Program-made: the position numbers and the translations under genes | Source: Mobula hypostoma | Lineage: Eukaryota | NCBI RefSeq assembly: GCF_963921235.1 | Contig: NC_086107.1 | Location: forward strand, 100,380,001-100,444,000 | Length of the DNA stretch: 64,000 nt | Reading direction: 5' to 3' | Notes under the pieces: model-generated | What the model saw: only the letters and a program-made list of their open reading frames with translations | Database searches by the model: none | Told to the model about the DNA's origin: nothing | In this document: piece after piece, positions 62,607-64,000 of the stretch | Layout of the letters: every line of letters starts with the position of its first letter | Position numbering within the stretch: position 1 is the first letter of the stretch

Positions 62607-62903
62607 CAGTGGTCCCCACCCTCCGGGCCGCAAAGAATACAGCGTGGCCAGAACACACTCAGCACATCTTTAAGAAAAAAGCCGAAATAAACAAGCTAAT
62701 TAATTAGGTGCCGCCCAGCACGTAAATGTCGGCCCAGATCAGAGGCGATTGCCAATTGGGTCGTCTCTGATCTGGGCCGACATTTACGTGCCGGGGGGCA
62801 CCTAATCAATTAGCTTGTTTATTTCGGCTTTTTTCTTAAAGATGTGCCGGGTGCGTTCTGGCTACCGCTACATGCTTCGCGGCCTGGAGGTTTGGGACCA
62901 CTG
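62607..62903. mobile_element. 297-bp fully palindromic MITE with hAT-like ends
   Basis: The whole element is an imperfect inverted repeat centred near 62755; CAGTGGTCCC...GGGACCACTG; TTAT duplicated. Confidence 0.85.
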
Positions 62904-63776
62904 TTATAATTGACTTATCACTACATTAATGCGAGGAAAATATGCGCTGTGTGTTTAATATTAAATTCGTTAGATAAACCCCTTTAGAAACGAAATTGAG
63001 TGTATTAGCCACTTACAAGTAACTTACAGTTGACTTATCCCCGATATTCGGGTGGCGTTTAATACACCCCCCCGCCCCGCCCCGGGTTGGCCAGTCCACA
63101 AGAATATTGTCAATATTAAACCGGTGCGCGGTGCAAAAAAGGTTGGGGACCCCTGATTTAAACTAGCTGGCTAACTGCCAAGGAGCTACGCTATTGATGT
63201 CCTACGTGATGAGGCCAAACTCCCTGTAGACTTGCTTAAAGTTGCAATAGAATAAACATGATAATATAACATAAGTAGATATTTTAATATCACATTTGCT
63301 GCATATACCCAACTTGGTTTACAGATTAGACAAGATCACTAAACAAAGTATTACATACACCCTTGGAGGTCGACGGAGGGTGGGGGATATGGGGTTGCGG
63401 GGGGCGGGGGTGCTACCTCCCTGAAATGAGTTTTTGCAGGGTGGGATGTCTGGCTTCCACTTCAGAGGAATGGTATTTTGGCAGCAAGTCTTCCATGAAG
63501 ATCACTTCAGACAAGTGGTTTCTATGAGTTCAGAGCTGACAGCAGTGTTGAACTTCTTCTGATTTAGAAGGGAAGTCAGTTTGATGTATCCCTCATCTAC
63601 TGCACTCAGGTTCTGGGCCAACCATTGCATTTCTGGTCCTCAACCTTGCCTGTTTCTTTGTGCTTCTTCAGAAGACCTTGGACAGTTACTCTCTTCATTA
63701 TATTAAAGGGTAGGAATTTATGAATGTGACTTGATAATGCATTACAGCAATATAATTTATGAAGTACTCAACTCAC

Positions 63777-63830
63777 CGAGCCCTGTTCCTGTCCCAGAGC
63801 AGCATTCACAACACCTTTCAGAATATATTC
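63777..63830 (-). CDS. TTC26: IFT56/TTC26 internal exon EYILKGVVNAALGQEQGS (54 nt)
   Basis: AG/GT boundaries, phase 0-0; near-identical to human EYILKGVVNAALGQEMGS as recalled. Confidence 0.95.
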
Positions 63831-64000
63831 CTAATGGTGAAGAGGAAAAGCAACTTTATTATACAGACTATGAATTCATATCTTTTGTTAATGTTCAAAT
63901 CTGTCCAGTGGGGAAAGGAGAAGTTTTCCAACACAGGGCTCACTCATCATTGAAACAAATGATGGGCATGTGGAAACAAAATGATTGGTTCAGAAACTGT

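Larger units (their letters stand above)
61773..63155 (+). mobile_element. hAT Charlie/Buster-like deletion derivative with the C-terminal dimerisation domain
   Basis: CAGTGGTCCTCAACC...GGTTGGGGACCCCTG ends; ORF 61819..62241 FW...YPEIATKALKTLLPFPTSYRCEVEFSAM..KTKLRNRL is a hATC motif. No clear TSD. Confidence 0.8.
61612..63452. mobile_element. Non-autonomous TIR element (hAT-like) nested in Tc1
   Basis: Perfect TIR CAGACATCCCACC / GGTGGGATGTCTG with GCTTCC duplicated on both sides (6 bp, or 4 bp if the TIR is one base longer). Confidence 0.75.
60232..63690 (-). mobile_element. Decayed Tc1-like transposon, interrupted by several nested elements
   Basis: TA-CAGTACTGTACAAAAGTC end; minus-strand ECLQPTVKHSGGSLQV (Tc1 DDE-region motif TVKHGGGS). 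Right boundary approximate. Confidence 0.65.

Overview
Repeat-rich vertebrate genomic DNA. The repeat spectrum (CR1, Rex1/Babar-like and Tx1 LINEs, Deu-domain SINEs, abundant Penelope fragments) suggests a cartilaginous fish, probably a ray; this is inference. Two host genes lie on the minus strand in the human order: the last eight coding exons of TTC26/IFT56 (63830 to 21400, all GT-AG and in phase, 237 aa plus stop), then the CpG-island promoter and first coding exon of ubinuclein UBN2 (2605-2408). The rest is mostly nested transposons. Most notable is a dispersed set of Penelope-like (GIY-YIG) insertions, each carrying a minimal type I hammerhead ribozyme (AGTC-CTGACGA-AGG-N7-CCT-GAAA-CGTC/GACT). 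About 18 copies or remnants are visible, three with an intact core, and several form inverted pairs. One is a 1.64-kb palindrome with a 14-bp TSD. In another, the inverted arm starts exactly at the predicted ribozyme cleavage site. A decayed CsRn1-type Gypsy element keeps a clear -1 frameshift signal (G GGA AAC plus a perfect 12-bp hairpin). All calls were made by eye; no database searches were run.
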